Source of the DNA: Felis catus
Taxonomy: Eukaryota
Reading direction: 5' to 3'
Length of the DNA stretch: 64,000 bases
Assembly: GCF_018350175.1 (NCBI RefSeq)
Contig: NC_058373.1
Location: 107,696,001 to 107,760,000 of the forward strand
Shown: piece by piece, positions 1 to 13,192 of the stretch
How the letters are laid out: every line of letters starts with the position of its first letter
Position numbering within the stretch: position 1 is the stretch's first letter
Notes under the pieces: generated by a model
The model's input: only the letters and a program-made list of their open reading frames with translations
Told to the model about the DNA's origin: nothing
Database searches by the model: none
Position numbers and translations under genes: made by a program

Positions 1-1709
1 GTCAGTAATTGCAGGGAAAACACACGCACGGGCTTATCATCGCGTGTGTGCTTTGTAGCTCTAGCTCTGGGGCTTCCTGCTGGGAAATAAAAATCTTTGA
101 ACCTGTCGCTATTTTACCACTGCCTCCCACACTGTAGGCTTGGGAAATTCATTTTTGCCTCCCGACACTTCAGAATCGCCACCTGCCAAGTGGGGAGGAC
201 AGCTCGAGGCCCCCGCAGAGCGCCTCACTAAACGCTCTGTAACCTGGATGAGGTGGACTTGAGTTGAGCAGCTCTTGACGTCAGAGATGGTGTGGCATAA
301 AGACACAAAAGTCTCCTCGGTCTCCTATGAAACCTTCACAGGGCAAGGAGCGTGGGGCACGGTATAGAGCATTCACAAGCTCTCTGAGGTTCCGAGAGAG
401 ACAATTCCACTTGCCTATGAGTAGGTATCGTCTGCTGGTACAGCTGCAATAACCTAAGAAGTGTCTTCTTTTTAAAATTCATCTTGTAAGAATAAACAAA
501 TCAAAACAACCTACTGTGAAGAAAAACCATCAATGTTCTTGAAATAAACAAATGTAATTTCAAGAGTAGGAATGTTTTGAATGAGAAGCCAAATACCTAG
601 GTCCACTGATACGATTTGTAGGACTGACTGCTAAAATGAAAATTCATTTTACCAGAGTCTGGCAGCTCCTTCAAGGCACTGCTAAAGATTCACCTCTGTT
701 ACAGCACAGTTTCAACTGTGGTGAATTCTATTTACCATGTTAAGTTCTTGGTACTCACTCACTCTTTCAACCAACAAACATGTATTGGCTTCCACTCTGA
801 GCCAGGCTCTGTGTTAGTTATTCATCCTAAAGAGCTGAAAAATATTATTCCAAGTGTCAGCAGTACCTTCATGACTCATTAAAATCTTTTAAATACATTT
901 GCCCAAGACCAAAACATACATCTTCAAGCCAAAGATTATATTATTCCTTGGCCACACCCTTCATCAAACCACCTTTTCTCTTCCACAAGTGCCCTGGCCC
1001 CAAAGAGAGTCAGGAGAGGAAAGGTATTTGTGGGATGTTGTGGGTCAAATAAAAAGGATGTGACAAGTTGATGTGGATCTGTGATATTTCAATTGGTTTA
1101 TACCATGTTGGGGTGAAAGATAGATTTGTGTGGGGCAACCACATCATACTCTTCTTTGCTTTCCTTAATCACAAAAATGTGCTAGAAAACTGGATGTTGT
1201 GGATAGACAGTGAAATTATGTGGTTTCCACGAAGCATGGTGTTTGGCAGTTGTTGGCAGACAATGGTCATCTCTAAACTTCCGAGTTAGATTCTGAGTTC
1301 TCTTAATCATGTGGGCAAACATCTGGGCTTTTGGTCATTCCTGATAAAGGCTAAATATTATATCCAGGGCTTGTCCTGTATGCTGAATGAGCCATTGGCT
1401 AATAATGGGAAAGGCTCCCCTACCCAAGAATATTCTATACCCACTACGCTCTACACCATCCTATTGCCACTGTCCCCATCATCTTTCCCAGGCATCTTTG
1501 TCTATCACCACTAGTAAAAGTTCTAGAGAACTATATATTTACTGAGGTGGATACCATTGGTCCATAATCAGCCATTAGCAGACTAAATTTATTTGTCAGA
1601 TTAGCTTAGCCACCTCAGCAAGACCTAGATGGAATGAGAGAACAGTGATTTTTTTTTATTTTGAGGTCAGAGAAGAAAAATTAGAACAAAAAATATCTAG
1701 ATTGATAGG

Positions 1710-1930
1710 CAGCGTAGAATAATGGTTAATCATGTGATTCTGAGACCACTTGCTGTCACTCTATGAGCTTCAGTTTCTATAACTTCTCTCTGCTTCCATT
1801 TCTTCATTTGTATAACAGAATGATAATAATGAGTCCCTCTATCAGAAAAGTGAAGCTGTGAGAAATAGATGACAACATTTTTAGGATAGTGCATAGGAAT
1901 GCTGACATTTAGCACGTGCTTAGTAACTAT
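1710..1930 (+). mobile_element. MIR
   Basis: gcagcgtagaataatggttaa...ttctctctgcttccattttcttcatttgtataacagaatgataata core. Confidence 0.65.
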
Positions 1931-2843
1931 TATGTGTTAGAGCAGGACTTAAGCAGCCAGATATTAGCATGAGGGCTCTGAGAACCCTGATAATGTGGAG
2001 GGGAAGAAGAATCATCTCTTATTCAAAAACAAGTTGATTTTTTTTTATTTTGATGTCAGAGAAGAAAAATCTAGAACAAGAAACAAAGGCCTGGCAATCA
2101 CTTTGCCAACAACTTGTTTCTATCCCTAAGTGTGGTACCCACAGACTTTTCTTCTTAACCCTCCTTCAAATACCTTCCAGGATTCCAGCTGCAGTCAACA
2201 AAGGGGAGTATCATTTTACCCTGAAGTCAGAAGAAGGAGGACTCCCTGTATTTTCTGCCTCATGGGTCAGGTGTTGGGAAGTTTTCCATTCATTGTATAG
2301 TGGAGAAGTGGCTAGGATCACGTCTGTGCTCAGTTGCTGCAGCCGCTCTGCTGGCGAGTAATTCCACTGGTTGAAATTCCAGGAGAGAAGAAATGCTTGA
2401 GTCCAGCACAGACACAAGGACAAAACACAAGGTCAAGAGTCGAAGCTTAGAAGACAGAGAGAAAAGCAATCTCTTCAAGTCTAGACAGCATATTAACAGC
2501 AAGGGCTTAATGTATTGCACTCTGTTTATAGGAGCTTTTTGCTGACAGCATGGAACCTGAGCCCCTTTGCTCGCCCTCTAGCAAGTTCCCTTCTACTGCA
2601 TTGTTGGAGACCACTTCTTCCCACAGCCCTTGGAAGACTGGCCGTCAGAAGCTGAAGTTGGAGATCACAGGGCAGAGGGAAACAGAAAGGGAGAAAACTA
2701 GGGTTTGTATTTTGGGGATTGAAGGTGAATCCATCACATCAGACCAGAAACATCTAATAGTTGTATTTTAGCCCTCCCAAGATTCTTTTCTGGAAGTTTT
2801 AGAGGAATAAATGAGAAAATAGGCGGATCGTCAAACGTTTTTT

Positions 2844-3073
2844 TTTTTTTTTTTAATTTTTTTTTTCTTCCAACGTTTATTTATTTTTGGGACAGAGAGA
2901 GACAGAGCATGAACGGGGGAGGGGCAGAGAGAGAGGGAGACACAGAATCGGAAACAGGCTCCAGGCTCCGAGCCATCAGCCCAGAGCCCGACGCGGGGCT
3001 CGAACTCCCGGACCGCGAGATCGTGACCTGGCTGAAGTCGGACGCTCAACCGACTGCGCCACCCAGGCGCCCC
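2844..3073 (-). mobile_element. Young felid Can-SINE (SINEC_Fc-like)
   Basis: tRNA-derived head GGGGCGCCTGGGTGGCGCAGTCGGTTGAGCG, CT-rich segment, A-tail; CpGs intact; TSD tcgtcaaacgtttttt at 2828-2843 and 3074-3089. Confidence 0.95.
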
Positions 3074-3189
3074 TCGTCAAACGTTTTTTATAAGTATTTT
3101 ATGTTCCTAAGGAAAGCAGTTTGAGAAAGATTTCTTGTCTTTCATTTTAAATCATTTAAAAAACTATTAAATGACTTTGGTTAGAGTAA

Positions 3190-3778
3190 TTGGACGGTAG
3201 CTGGTGGGAGTGAAAATTCATTTCACCTTTCTAGAAAGCAATTTGGTAGTACAGAGCCATCAAAACGGGCATATCCTTGCCCCAGAAATTCCATTGCTAG
3301 GAATTTCTACAACGGGCATAGTAGCATAAATATTTATGTGAGAGAATGCTCCTGACAGAATTATTTCTAATAGCTCCCCAAATGGAAATTACCTAAATAG
3401 TCTGAAGTAGGGGATGGGTTGAATAGAATACAATGGGAATATCAAACAGCCACTGAAAACCTTCCTTGGAGAAGAATTTAATAGCAGAGAGATAGAAGGC
3501 CACAGACTTCAGAGGCCTTCCATTTCAGCTGCTACGTGAGGGTGGTGATGCCAGCCTCACAGGGCTTTGAGCAGGATAACAGAAGTAAGAAAGGTAAAGC
3601 ACTTGGCACAGTCCCGGCAAATCCTGAAACTGAGAGCGAAGATGGGATCATTGTGAGGGTGGTGATGATGGTGAGTAAAAAAGGCAGATTTCAGAACAGA
3701 ACACTCAGTATGGTCACCATGTATTATGTATTTAAATATTATATACATGTGCATCTTCAATATGTGTATGTTATATAC

Positions 3779-3821
<43 letters not shown>

Positions 3822-3980
3822 ATGATATGCATAGAAAAAAGACTGGAAGGATATATGCAAAATGTTAAAAGTAACCAGCTCTAGGGAGTGGAATTACAGG
3901 AGCATTCAATTTTCTGCTTTTTCCGAATCTTTCAAATTTTAGGATTCTGAATGTGTATGGCTTCTGCCATTAGAAAAAGT
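3190..3980 (+). mobile_element. Old L1M 3' fragments interrupted by a MIR piece and (TG)n
   Basis: gctggtgggagtgaaaatt...ccagaaattccattgctaggaattt and gactggaaggatatatgcaaaatgttaa motifs. Confidence 0.6.
3781..3819. repeat. (TG)n microsatellite
   Basis: Directly visible. Confidence 0.98.
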
Positions 3981-3986
3981 CATACT

Positions 3987-4227
3987 GGGGCGCCTGGGTG
4001 GCTCAGTTGGTTAAGTATCTGACTTCAGCTCAGGTCATGATCTCACGGTTCGTGGGTTCGAGCCCTGTGTCAGGCTCTGTGCTGACAGCTCAGAGCCTGA
4101 AGCCTGCTTCAGATTCCGTGTCTCCCTCTCTCTGCCCCTCCCCTGCTCACATTCTGTCTCTCAAAAATAAATAAATATTTTTAAAAATTTTTTAAAATTT
4201 AAACAACAACAATAATAATAAAGAAAG
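3987..4227 (+). mobile_element. Can-SINE
   Basis: ggggcgcctgggtggctcagttggttaag head, CT-rich part, AT-rich tail; aagtcatac repeated on both flanks. Confidence 0.93.
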
Positions 4228-6524
4228 AAGTCATACCAGCAGGAGAGAAAACCTACCTAATAAAATTCTGATATAAAAAATGCTAAAAATCCATTTTCTA
4301 TAAAGAACAAGAATCTGCATGGGGCCAGTGGGTAGGGTGCGTCAGACAATGGGCTCCTTTAACCTAAAGAGAGACAGCAGGAAGGACGACTTCCTGGGGT
4401 AAAAGAAAGCCACCTGAACAGAGTTCCGCCCGAGTCACTGAGACCGCAGCTATGAATCTGCCTGCCGCGTGCACCTGAGGCACCTGAATGAGTGAGCAGA
4501 TTTCTCATAATTTGTGTATTGGGCTCTGGTTACATAAGCCACTAGCTGTTTGTGTAAATAGCTATTTTACCCTGTTCTGAATTAGAAGGAGTCTGTTTGA
4601 TTAGAACAGTTTATATAACTGAAATCTGAGACTGAAGGAAGGATTTGGCTGGGACACTTGATTGCACTGGAGGGTGGGTTGGACAGGAAACTTCCAGAGT
4701 GAGAGGCTCTCCTGTTGAGGCAGTGAATTAGAACAAATTGTTCCCCGCGCTCCACCTCACCACATTAACACACAGTGGGATCTAGCCTGTTGACAGGACT
4801 GGGTTCTACTCCTTCTTCTGGGGGAGAGAACAGGGTCGTTTCCCTCCGAGGATCAAACGAGGCTAAGGCGCCCATGCAAGGGAGCCAGTCGCCACGCCAC
4901 ATGTAATAGTCATTTCATGGCCTGCGCCCCATCTGCATTCCAACCCCCTTCTGTTTTTTAAAGCTCAAAAACATTTTCATAAAGGTTTTTTGGGGTGGAA
5001 TTTTATTTTTGCAAGAATGGGTGTGTTTGTTGTCTTTTTTCTTCTTTGAAATCGAGTTCAAATTTTTCCTTTTTTCCTTCCTGAATTTTAATGGGTCTGC
5101 AAGTAGGAATCTGCCAGAATTCGAACAGTCAGAAAAAAAAAGGTACATGATCTTCCTCTCCAAAGCCAACCTAGGGTGCATTTTCCAGGCCTCTCTTCCA
5201 CACCCACTCGGCTTAAACCATGGAGGCAGTGCGGGTGCCGGCCAAGGCCTTGTGTTGTGAGCGCATACGCTTCCTGTTTTGTCTTTCACCTCATCTGGAC
5301 CCTGGGGTAGACTCAGTTCTCATCTTTTAGACTGTTATTTCAGTCTCTGGTCTCAGTGTCACTTAATCAGGAAAATGCTAATTTCTCAGCAGGGAGAATA
5401 AAGTCATAATTCTCTTCTTAGTTTTATACTCAAGCCCCTAGGATCCCCTGAACAAGTAGCCTGACTCACTTACCTCTGTTTTTCCATCTGTAAAGGGAAA
5501 AGCTGTGAAGTGTGTTTAGTCCTCAAAGGCACTAATCCCTGAAAGCCATTTGGGAACAATTTAGGTTGTATGTCATTATCTCAAAAGGTGAAGAGAAAGT
5601 ATTAGATAATTCAAACTGCATTCCTCTTAATCGATATACACAAACCAGATGTGTAGCGGGCTGTAAGTATAATACAAGTTTGTATTCACACATGCACGCA
5701 TTACAGACATGGTGTATATGCAAACTCTGACCACCCCCATACACACAGTGGTTTTCATTGGGATGCCCTCTTGTTTCTGGTCACTTCCCTGGCCCTGCCT
5801 CCACCAAAAGGGCCCCCTTCTAATTCAGAATCCCACCTCCATTAGGAATGTGTTCAGATTCCATGCCGCAGGGACTACAGTCTTGTTAAAATAGTATCTA
5901 CAAAGGTGTGAATCACTAATATGATTAATCCTGCTAAGGAAAGTCATGAATGTCTTCTAGGATACCTTCTTTTGTAAGATCTACCACCAATTTGATTTAT
6001 TAGTCACTTTTAGGGAGAGGAAGGAAGAACTATAACATGGATTGTATCCATTGACAGGGAGGTACGCCCCAAGTTCAGGGGAGGGAAATGCACGTTAACA
6101 TTGAGATATCTGCAAGGGGCGTTTGTTCACTGTGGTTAAATAAAAGTGTGGGCTTGAATGGCTGCCTGGAGGAAATCCCTCCACCTTGGCAAGTAACAAC
6201 TCTCTGTGTCTGTTTCTTTGACCATAAGGTGAGGATAATGGTACCTCTCCCACAAGGCCATTGTGATTATTTAATACATGTGAAGTGCTTCGAACAGTAC
6301 TTGGTAACCAGTCAACAAATATTAGTGTAATTATTAATCCAGATGAATCTTTATTTTTCTTGTTCCAAACAAGTCTGATGAAATATAGAGAACTTCTTCC
6401 CAGAAAAAATAAAAATCAGCACAGGCACGCGAAATTTATATATAAGCTTAGAGGTTTTTCAAGGCTCTGTGAAGTCTACTCATATTCCTGATCTACTTGG
6501 GGGACTCTGGAGGGAGCCACCTTG

Positions 6525-6740
6525 GGCAGCGTGGTATAGTGGCTCAGAGTCTGGGCTTTGGAGTCAGGCTGGCTTGGGTTTTAACCCCGACTCATCTACC
6601 CACTAGTTGTGTGGCCATGGGCAAGTTCTGTGCTATCCTCACGCTTAAAATGGGAATAATAGCAGTACCTGCTCTGTGGACTTAGCCCACCAACAGAAAC
6701 AGGTTCTGTGTGATGAACTGTGTCAGGCCCTTGGGACATA
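6525..6740 (+). mobile_element. MIR
   Basis: gcagcgtggtatagtggctcagagtctgggctttggagtcagg...tgtgtggccatgggcaagtt...aaaatgggaataatagcagtacct. Confidence 0.75.
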
Positions 6741-7339
6741 GAAGTCACACCGTTATCAGGGAATGAGGAATCATCCAGTTGTTCCCAGTCTATTTCCAGA
6801 TACCTCCCCTTTGCAAAAGAGCTGGGAACTAGCAACGTGGTACCACAATTCTGAAAAGCGTCCCCTATATTATGAATTAGGGGAAAAGTGGCAGGAGCAG
6901 CAACAAAAATTCAACAGTGAGGTGACATATTTCCAAGTATTTAAGAGATTGTTCCTTTACTAAAAGGGTCTAAATAGACAATCTTAGAGTGACAATAGCG
7001 TATGGTAGGAAGATCCTGGAACTTGCTTCTGGGAGCTAGATTTTAATCCCTCACTAGCCTTAGAGACCACGAATGATGATACCCCTGCTCGAAGCTCTCC
7101 TCCACTGGACTGGTTCCATTTGGAACACCAGGAGCCTGTTGCATTTTAAAAAGATTTTTCTAAATGGCCATAGGCTCCACCTTTCAGTAGGTAATGCTGA
7201 TGTATATGCCACGTATGTTTTTTATGAAGGATATAAGGAAACACACCCAAATATTAAGAGCTGTCATCCCTGAGATGGAGGGTTATAGATTATTTTGATT
7301 TTCTTTGTATTTTTCTGCATGTCTATAATTCGTTTTGTA

Positions 7340-7880
7340 ATGAGCCTGCATTGTTTAAATAATTACTTCAACAATTAGACACTCATCTCCATGCCAGGTA
7401 CTAGGCATTGAGAATCCAGCCCCCATTATCTCCTGATACCTACGGTCTAGAAGGGAATAAAACATTGAATAAATAATTGTACAAATAATTGCTTCCAATG
7501 ATAATAGTCTCAATAGAGAAGTCTAGGGGACTATCAGGTCATCAGGGACTTAAGCTAGAGGTTGGGAAGGTATCCCTGAAGAAATAATATCCCTGAAGCA
7601 AAAATCTGAAGGGGAGAGGGGGGGAAGAAAGAGGAAAATATTCCAGATGTACAGGATGGCGTGTGCAAAGACCCCAAAGCAGAGTGGATTCAAGAAACTG
7701 AAAGTAGGCCAGAAGGGGCTATAGTCTGGAAGAAAGAAGACATTCAGAAAAGGCAAAGGGCCAGAACAAACATGGCCTCTTGATTGTGTGAATGGTTTTT
7801 GCATTTGCCTTTAAGAGGACTAGAAAGCCAGGGTTTTAAGCAGGGTAGTAACATATAGCTATTTCCATTTTGGAATTGTT
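7340..7880 (-). mobile_element. L2 3' fragment
   Basis: catgccaggtactaggcattgaga...gtgtgcaaagacccc...gggttttaagcagggtagtaacat L2-type motifs. Confidence 0.65.
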
Positions 7881-7952
7881 TCCAAAAGAAAGAAAACAAC
7901 AAAAGTATTTGTTTCTTATCTATAGTTGAGGAGTTCTTGGATTCAGATTTTT

Positions 7953-7971
7953 TTTAAGTTTATTTATTTAT

Positions 7972-8011
<40 letters not shown>

Positions 8012-8155
8012 CATGAGCAGAGGAAGGGCAGAGAGATAGAATCCCAAGCAGGCTCTGCACGGTCAGCACAGAGCCCAACTCAGGAACTGTGAGATCATGA
8101 CCTGAGCCGAAACTAGCAGTCCGACGCTTAACTGATCCAGCCACCCAGGTGCCCC
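7953..8155 (-). mobile_element. Can-SINE
   Basis: Ends ...ccacccaggtgcccc, (GA)n body, T-tail; near-perfect TSD ttgg(a/g)ttcagatttt. Confidence 0.9.
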
Positions 8156-9689
8156 TTGGGTTCAGATTTTTAAGGCCAACTCAAAGCTGCATCCTATATT
8201 TTAAAATGTTAGGCGCAAGGGTTTTTATCCTAAGTAGCTGCTCTGGAAACATTAGCTTCCTTTATGCAGGCAGCCCGGGTAGCGACAGGAGCACAACACT
8301 GCAGCCTGGATCCTCCTGTGTCAGTTTGGGGCCATGGAACACTCCGGGGAAAGAAGGCAGGCCATATGGTGGAAGGCTGAGTAGCAAGAGACTCTTTCCT
8401 CCCACATGCCCCCGGGAGTTGAGGCATGAGACCGCCACATGAGCATTCTGTCATGAAACTTCATGTGCCATGGAAATGCAATACGATTCGACTCCCAGAC
8501 CAGCTGCGGTCAAAACACAGCTGGACAAACGACACCATCTAGAACCTGACAAATTGTGAGGGTGTTTTTCAGCTCAGGAGTGCAGAACTAGGTCACTGTC
8601 ATGCCAGTTAACTATAGTTCAAGCTCAGGTGAGGATCTCAGGGCCCTCTACAAATGCACATCCTGAAACTGTGTATTAGCCATACTAATATACCAGTGAG
8701 AAGCATCTATTTGTTACAATGCTTTTGAGTTCATTAAACAAAATTTTGAAGCCTACTGTGCTCTAGCACCTCAGGAAATCAGCATATCGAAAGTAATTAG
8801 CCACTTGGCTGCTGAATAACAGAGGAGATGTTTCCAGCAAACGCTCCTCTCCGGCGTTCCTAAATCAACTGGGCATGTCCTGACCTCCAGCCTGTTTGAA
8901 TGGCAGAGGTAACTGCCAAAACACACTCCTGCTCCTGGAGTAACTCAAACGTTTAGTGGCCTCTGGAGCCGCCAGTAACAGGCATCTGGTAGTCAACCTT
9001 TTCCTGTAATGAGGAGTTATTAAATATTCACATCAGGAACTGGGACTTTTGTCGGCCTTCAACTGGTCTTCCAACCTGTTACCTATTATGCCTCACACTT
9101 TATATACCCCGAACACAACAAGAAGAAACTTGTGAGAGTTCTGTAAAACCTGCCACTGACATCAGGGTGGGTCTTTGAGGCTTATGGTTATCCTAATAAA
9201 ACCAAGGAATGTATAACAGGCTGTAGCCAGCAGACCACCAACTACTTTATTGTTTAAACACAAAAGGAAACCTCTGGTAAACCTACTGTACCTGGGGCAC
9301 AGCGTGTGGCTGTTTCTTAACCCTCGAAGACTGTTATGCGCCCAACCCCAGATGACATCTGTATGTTTCTTGTTTCCCTCCACGTGATGAGTCTGCTAAC
9401 TTACACGCTTAGACAAGAAATACCTATTGATGGAGTGGTTATGAATTACAGATTGCAATGTACAAATCAATTCGGATTTTTTTTAAACGTAAATTCAAAC
9501 CAGATCTGTGAGGCCACCTTTCCCTTAGACGGCGTAAGCACGAGGCAAAGGAGAAGCCTGGCAGATGGGCAGTCCTGCAGCCCTGTGATAGGTCATAGGA
9601 GATCCCAGAATCTTCTTTCCTGGTCTCTTCTTTTCTCCATGGCTACTCTCATGCTCAGAGGCTCTGAGTCCTTCCCCTGCCAAAGGGCA

Positions 9690-9965
9690 AATGTAGGGAG
9701 GGACCCCCATCACGGTTAACTGAGGAGAATTAAATGAAGGAGCTGTATAACGAGGTGTGGGCATGTAAAGGGAACTAATGAGGGATGGGGGCACCAGGGA
9801 CTATTACCAACACCAACACCAAGGGCTCAGGGGACGGGGAGCTGGCAGGAGCTTCAGCAAAGGAACCTGGTGGTGCTGCCTACAGTGGCCAGCCTCCTGG
9901 AGCACAGGATAGGCCATGGAAGGTCAGAGAGTCCATCTAGAGGGGCAAACAAAATAACCAGCACA
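9690..9965 (-). mobile_element. MLT1-like MaLR LTR fragment
   Basis: Ends atctagaggggcaaacaaaataaccagcaca (minus strand TGTGCTGGTTATTTTGTTTGCCCCTCTAGAT), typical of old MLT1 LTR ends. Confidence 0.5.
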
Positions 9966-10572
9966 GGATCTGACATCAGATTTTTCAACCTATTACGTTG
10001 CTCAGATCTTTTAGCATCCAAAACTTAGTAAGTTTGAAAGAGAAGTTGTGCTCATGCGGTATTTTACTTTCAGTCCTAAAAGGTACTAATGGTGGGAATA
10101 TCGGTGAGCAGATGTGGAAGGCGGGGGTGGGAGAAGGGCCTGTCTCTGTTTCCAAAGTCACACCCACTAGTTGGTGGCCTCTAGTCTTGGGATGCTCAGG
10201 GATGTAGGGAGAGCTTCCAGATGAGATTGGGTATGCGTGAGGTACCAGTCTTCTCTCTCCCCAAACGCTTTTATTCACTGGACAAATATGAACTGCGCTG
10301 CAATATATTTGTACTTGAAAGAATTTTCCCATTAAGCTTGTCACTAATTCAGGCCTCGCATCTTAGTCCTGAACTGTTGACAAAGGCTTCCCTCAATAAT
10401 TTCTCTGCTTCTTGTCCTACTCCCTCCAAGCCATGATCTTGCACATAACCATCAGAATATTCTATCTAAAGAAGTTAATTCCTGCTTAAAACCCTGCCAT
10501 GACTCCCCATTACCTATAGTGTAGAGTCCAAGCCCCATGGCATATCCTCAGGTATTTCCACAGCCTTATCTG

Positions 10573-10654
10573 TTTTCTTTTCCTTCCTTCCTTCCTTCCT
10601 TCCTTCCTTCCTTCCTTCCTTCCTTCCTCTCTCCCTCCCTCCCTCCTTCCCTCC

Positions 10655-10728
<74 letters not shown>

Positions 10729-10730
10729 TT
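10573..10730. repeat. Compound (CCTT)n/(CCCT)n/(CTTT)n polypyrimidine tract
   Basis: About 158 bp, almost purely C/T on plus; adjoins the L1 tail. Confidence 0.97.
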
Positions 10731-10948
10731 GAATTAATTTTTAATTTTAATTCCAGTGTAGCTAACATACAGTGTAATATTAGTTGCAGGTGTACAGTGT
10801 AATGATTCAGCACTTCCATACATCACCTGGTGCTCATCACAAGTGCACTCCTTCATCCCCATCACCTGTTTCAACCATCACCCCACCCCCTCCTCTGTGG
10901 TAGCCATCAGTTTGTTCTCTATAGTTAAGAGCCCATTTCTTATTCCTT

Positions 10949-11002
<54 letters not shown>

Positions 11003-11290
11003 CTTTGCTCATTTGTTTTGTTTCTTAAATTCCTCTCCTGAGTGAAATCCTACGGTATTTGTCTTTCTCTGGTTGACTTATTTTGTTAGCATCATATTCT
11101 CTAGCTTCATCCACATTGTTTGTAAATGGTAAGATTTCATTCTTTTGTATGGCTGAGCAATGTTCCGTTGTGTTTATATACCTCATCTTCTTTATCCATT
11201 CATCTATCAATGGACACTTGGGCTGCTTCCATAATTTTGCTGTTGTAAATAATGTTGCTTTAAACATAGGGGTGTGCGTATCCCTTTGGA
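10731..11290 (-). mobile_element. Carnivore L1 3' fragment (ORF2 end plus 3' UTR)
   Basis: ORF track HTPMFKATLFTTAKLWKQPKCPLIDEWIKKM matches the L1 ORF2 C-terminus; L1 3' UTR; the tail adjoins the 10573-10730 microsatellite. Confidence 0.88.
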
Positions 11291-13192
11291 TATCATCTCT
11301 TTTCAACTCTCCTCCTTGCCTTTCAGGTAGCAGCCACATCAATACTTTTGCTTATGTCATTTGAGACAGGTGAGATCCTCTTCTGGGTCTTCTGCCCCCA
11401 TTTTTTCAACCTGCCTGATTCCTACTGGTTTTGAGACGCCGCTCAGGAGTAAGGTCTCCAGGCTGAGGGGCAGAGATGCTGCCTCCCTCACTGTCCTCCA
11501 ACACAGTACCCCTGCATCACACTGAAATGTCCCATCTCCCCACTGGCCCTAGGAGCATCATGAGGGTGGGGACAATGTCTTATTCATTAACCAATCTTCC
11601 TGCTGCAGCATCTAGCAAGAGTGGCCATCAGAAAATATTTGGTGGCCTAAACTATGGTGAGTTGCCAAAAAGAAATGCCCCCCCTGCCCCCCACCCCCCG
11701 CCAAAGCAAAGCTCCCTGGGGCATCAGACATTGTTTTAAACTGTGTAGAAACACACAGCCTATATACTTAATTACCTTTAATATCTCTCTGTGTATGTTC
11801 TATGTACACCTCACCCCCTTAAGAATTGATTTAAATGAAAAGCCAGATAATTTTGAAAGCTAGTTGATTAAAGGATGTTTTGGTGGAATGATTGGAAAGA
11901 ATAGAAAAATAAACCATAGAGCATCTGACTTAAGGAAGCTTTAAAATACCTGTCAGTAGAAGAAGTGAAGTTACATGTTTACCGAGGGCAAGAGTAAAGA
12001 TCATATGGATAGTCTGACCTCCATGTCCCTATGGGCCTGATTTTTCTAGAATTCTAAAAATGTCATCAACTGCTTACTGGAGATAGTCTTTCAGTGTCGT
12101 TGCATAATCGTGTGGCTACAGGACTACCTCGCAGAGTTTGGGGGTTTGTTTCACAGAAATGTGCCAAATGTACCTCAGTCCTCATGAGTGTGATCCTCTG
12201 ACAACATTATTTTTCACCTAAATCAATATCCTATAGATGTCCTTATCTTCTCAGTATTCTCTGGAACTCCTGAGGTGGTGGGTTGGACCACATCTAGAGC
12301 ACAACTTCCTCCATTCAGCCGGAGGTCACCACCTGCAGTTACTGGGAAACTCACATTTATACATTCAGCATGTTACCTCAACCATCAACATAATCTGGAG
12401 TTGGTTTATATTTTAAAAAACTATTTGCTGCAAACCAAAAATGGTCAAACAAAACGGATGTCAATGCCAGAAAGATCACAGCAGTATAAACAAAGCAAAG
12501 ATATCGGCTGGCACCACTAAACATGTGGAAGGTGCTCACAGAGGGCTTGTTGGCTAATAGTTCTCCATATACACAGTAGCTTACCAAGGCTGTCACCATT
12601 GGTACCATCTGGGGGGTCTAAACAAGGAAAGCTCATATGATCAAAAGGAACAAGGACATACCTCAGAAGTTCCGACTGCTTTTGAAAAGTATCCAACACT
12701 GGGAATTGAAACTGACATCAAATTATTCCATAAAGCCTCTCTGTTCATACCACTACCACCATGACCTCCACTGCAACGCAATATTTTCTTTTTTTTTCCC
12801 AGAATGTAAACTTGAAACTAACCTAATTCAATAGCCCAATGTATATGAGCAACAAGCAATTGTGAATTCCAGGATCATATGCAGTGTTTTTTTTCTTTTA
12901 TTGTATATGGTTTGGTCTAATTCTGGATAAACCACTCAAAAAACCACTTATCCCTTGTTATGTCTCTAGATGAAGAGGCATCAAAGCAACTGCACAATTG
13001 CCCTTCCTTTGACAATTACTGCTCAGACATAGGGCCTTTTCCAGAAGTTGGCACGAAAGTCCTGGAGCAGAAGGAATACTCAGTTATCTGCTGGAATGTA
13101 TGCTCCAAATGGAAGAAAACATCTGTTCTCTAATTTTGAAGGTTGAATGTTTACACAACAATTGTGAAGACCATAATGAAAGGTATCAAGGT

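Noticed and set aside
2831..3124. Recurrent short ORFs such as ...WADGSEPGACFRFCVSLSLCPSP... (also 16525, 36495, 56403, 60571, 61481)
   Set aside because: Translations of Can-SINE copies, not a protein family.
3987..4065. tRNA-like A/B boxes at SINE heads as tRNA genes
   Set aside because: These are the tRNA-derived heads of Can-SINEs, followed by CT-rich and A-tail segments.
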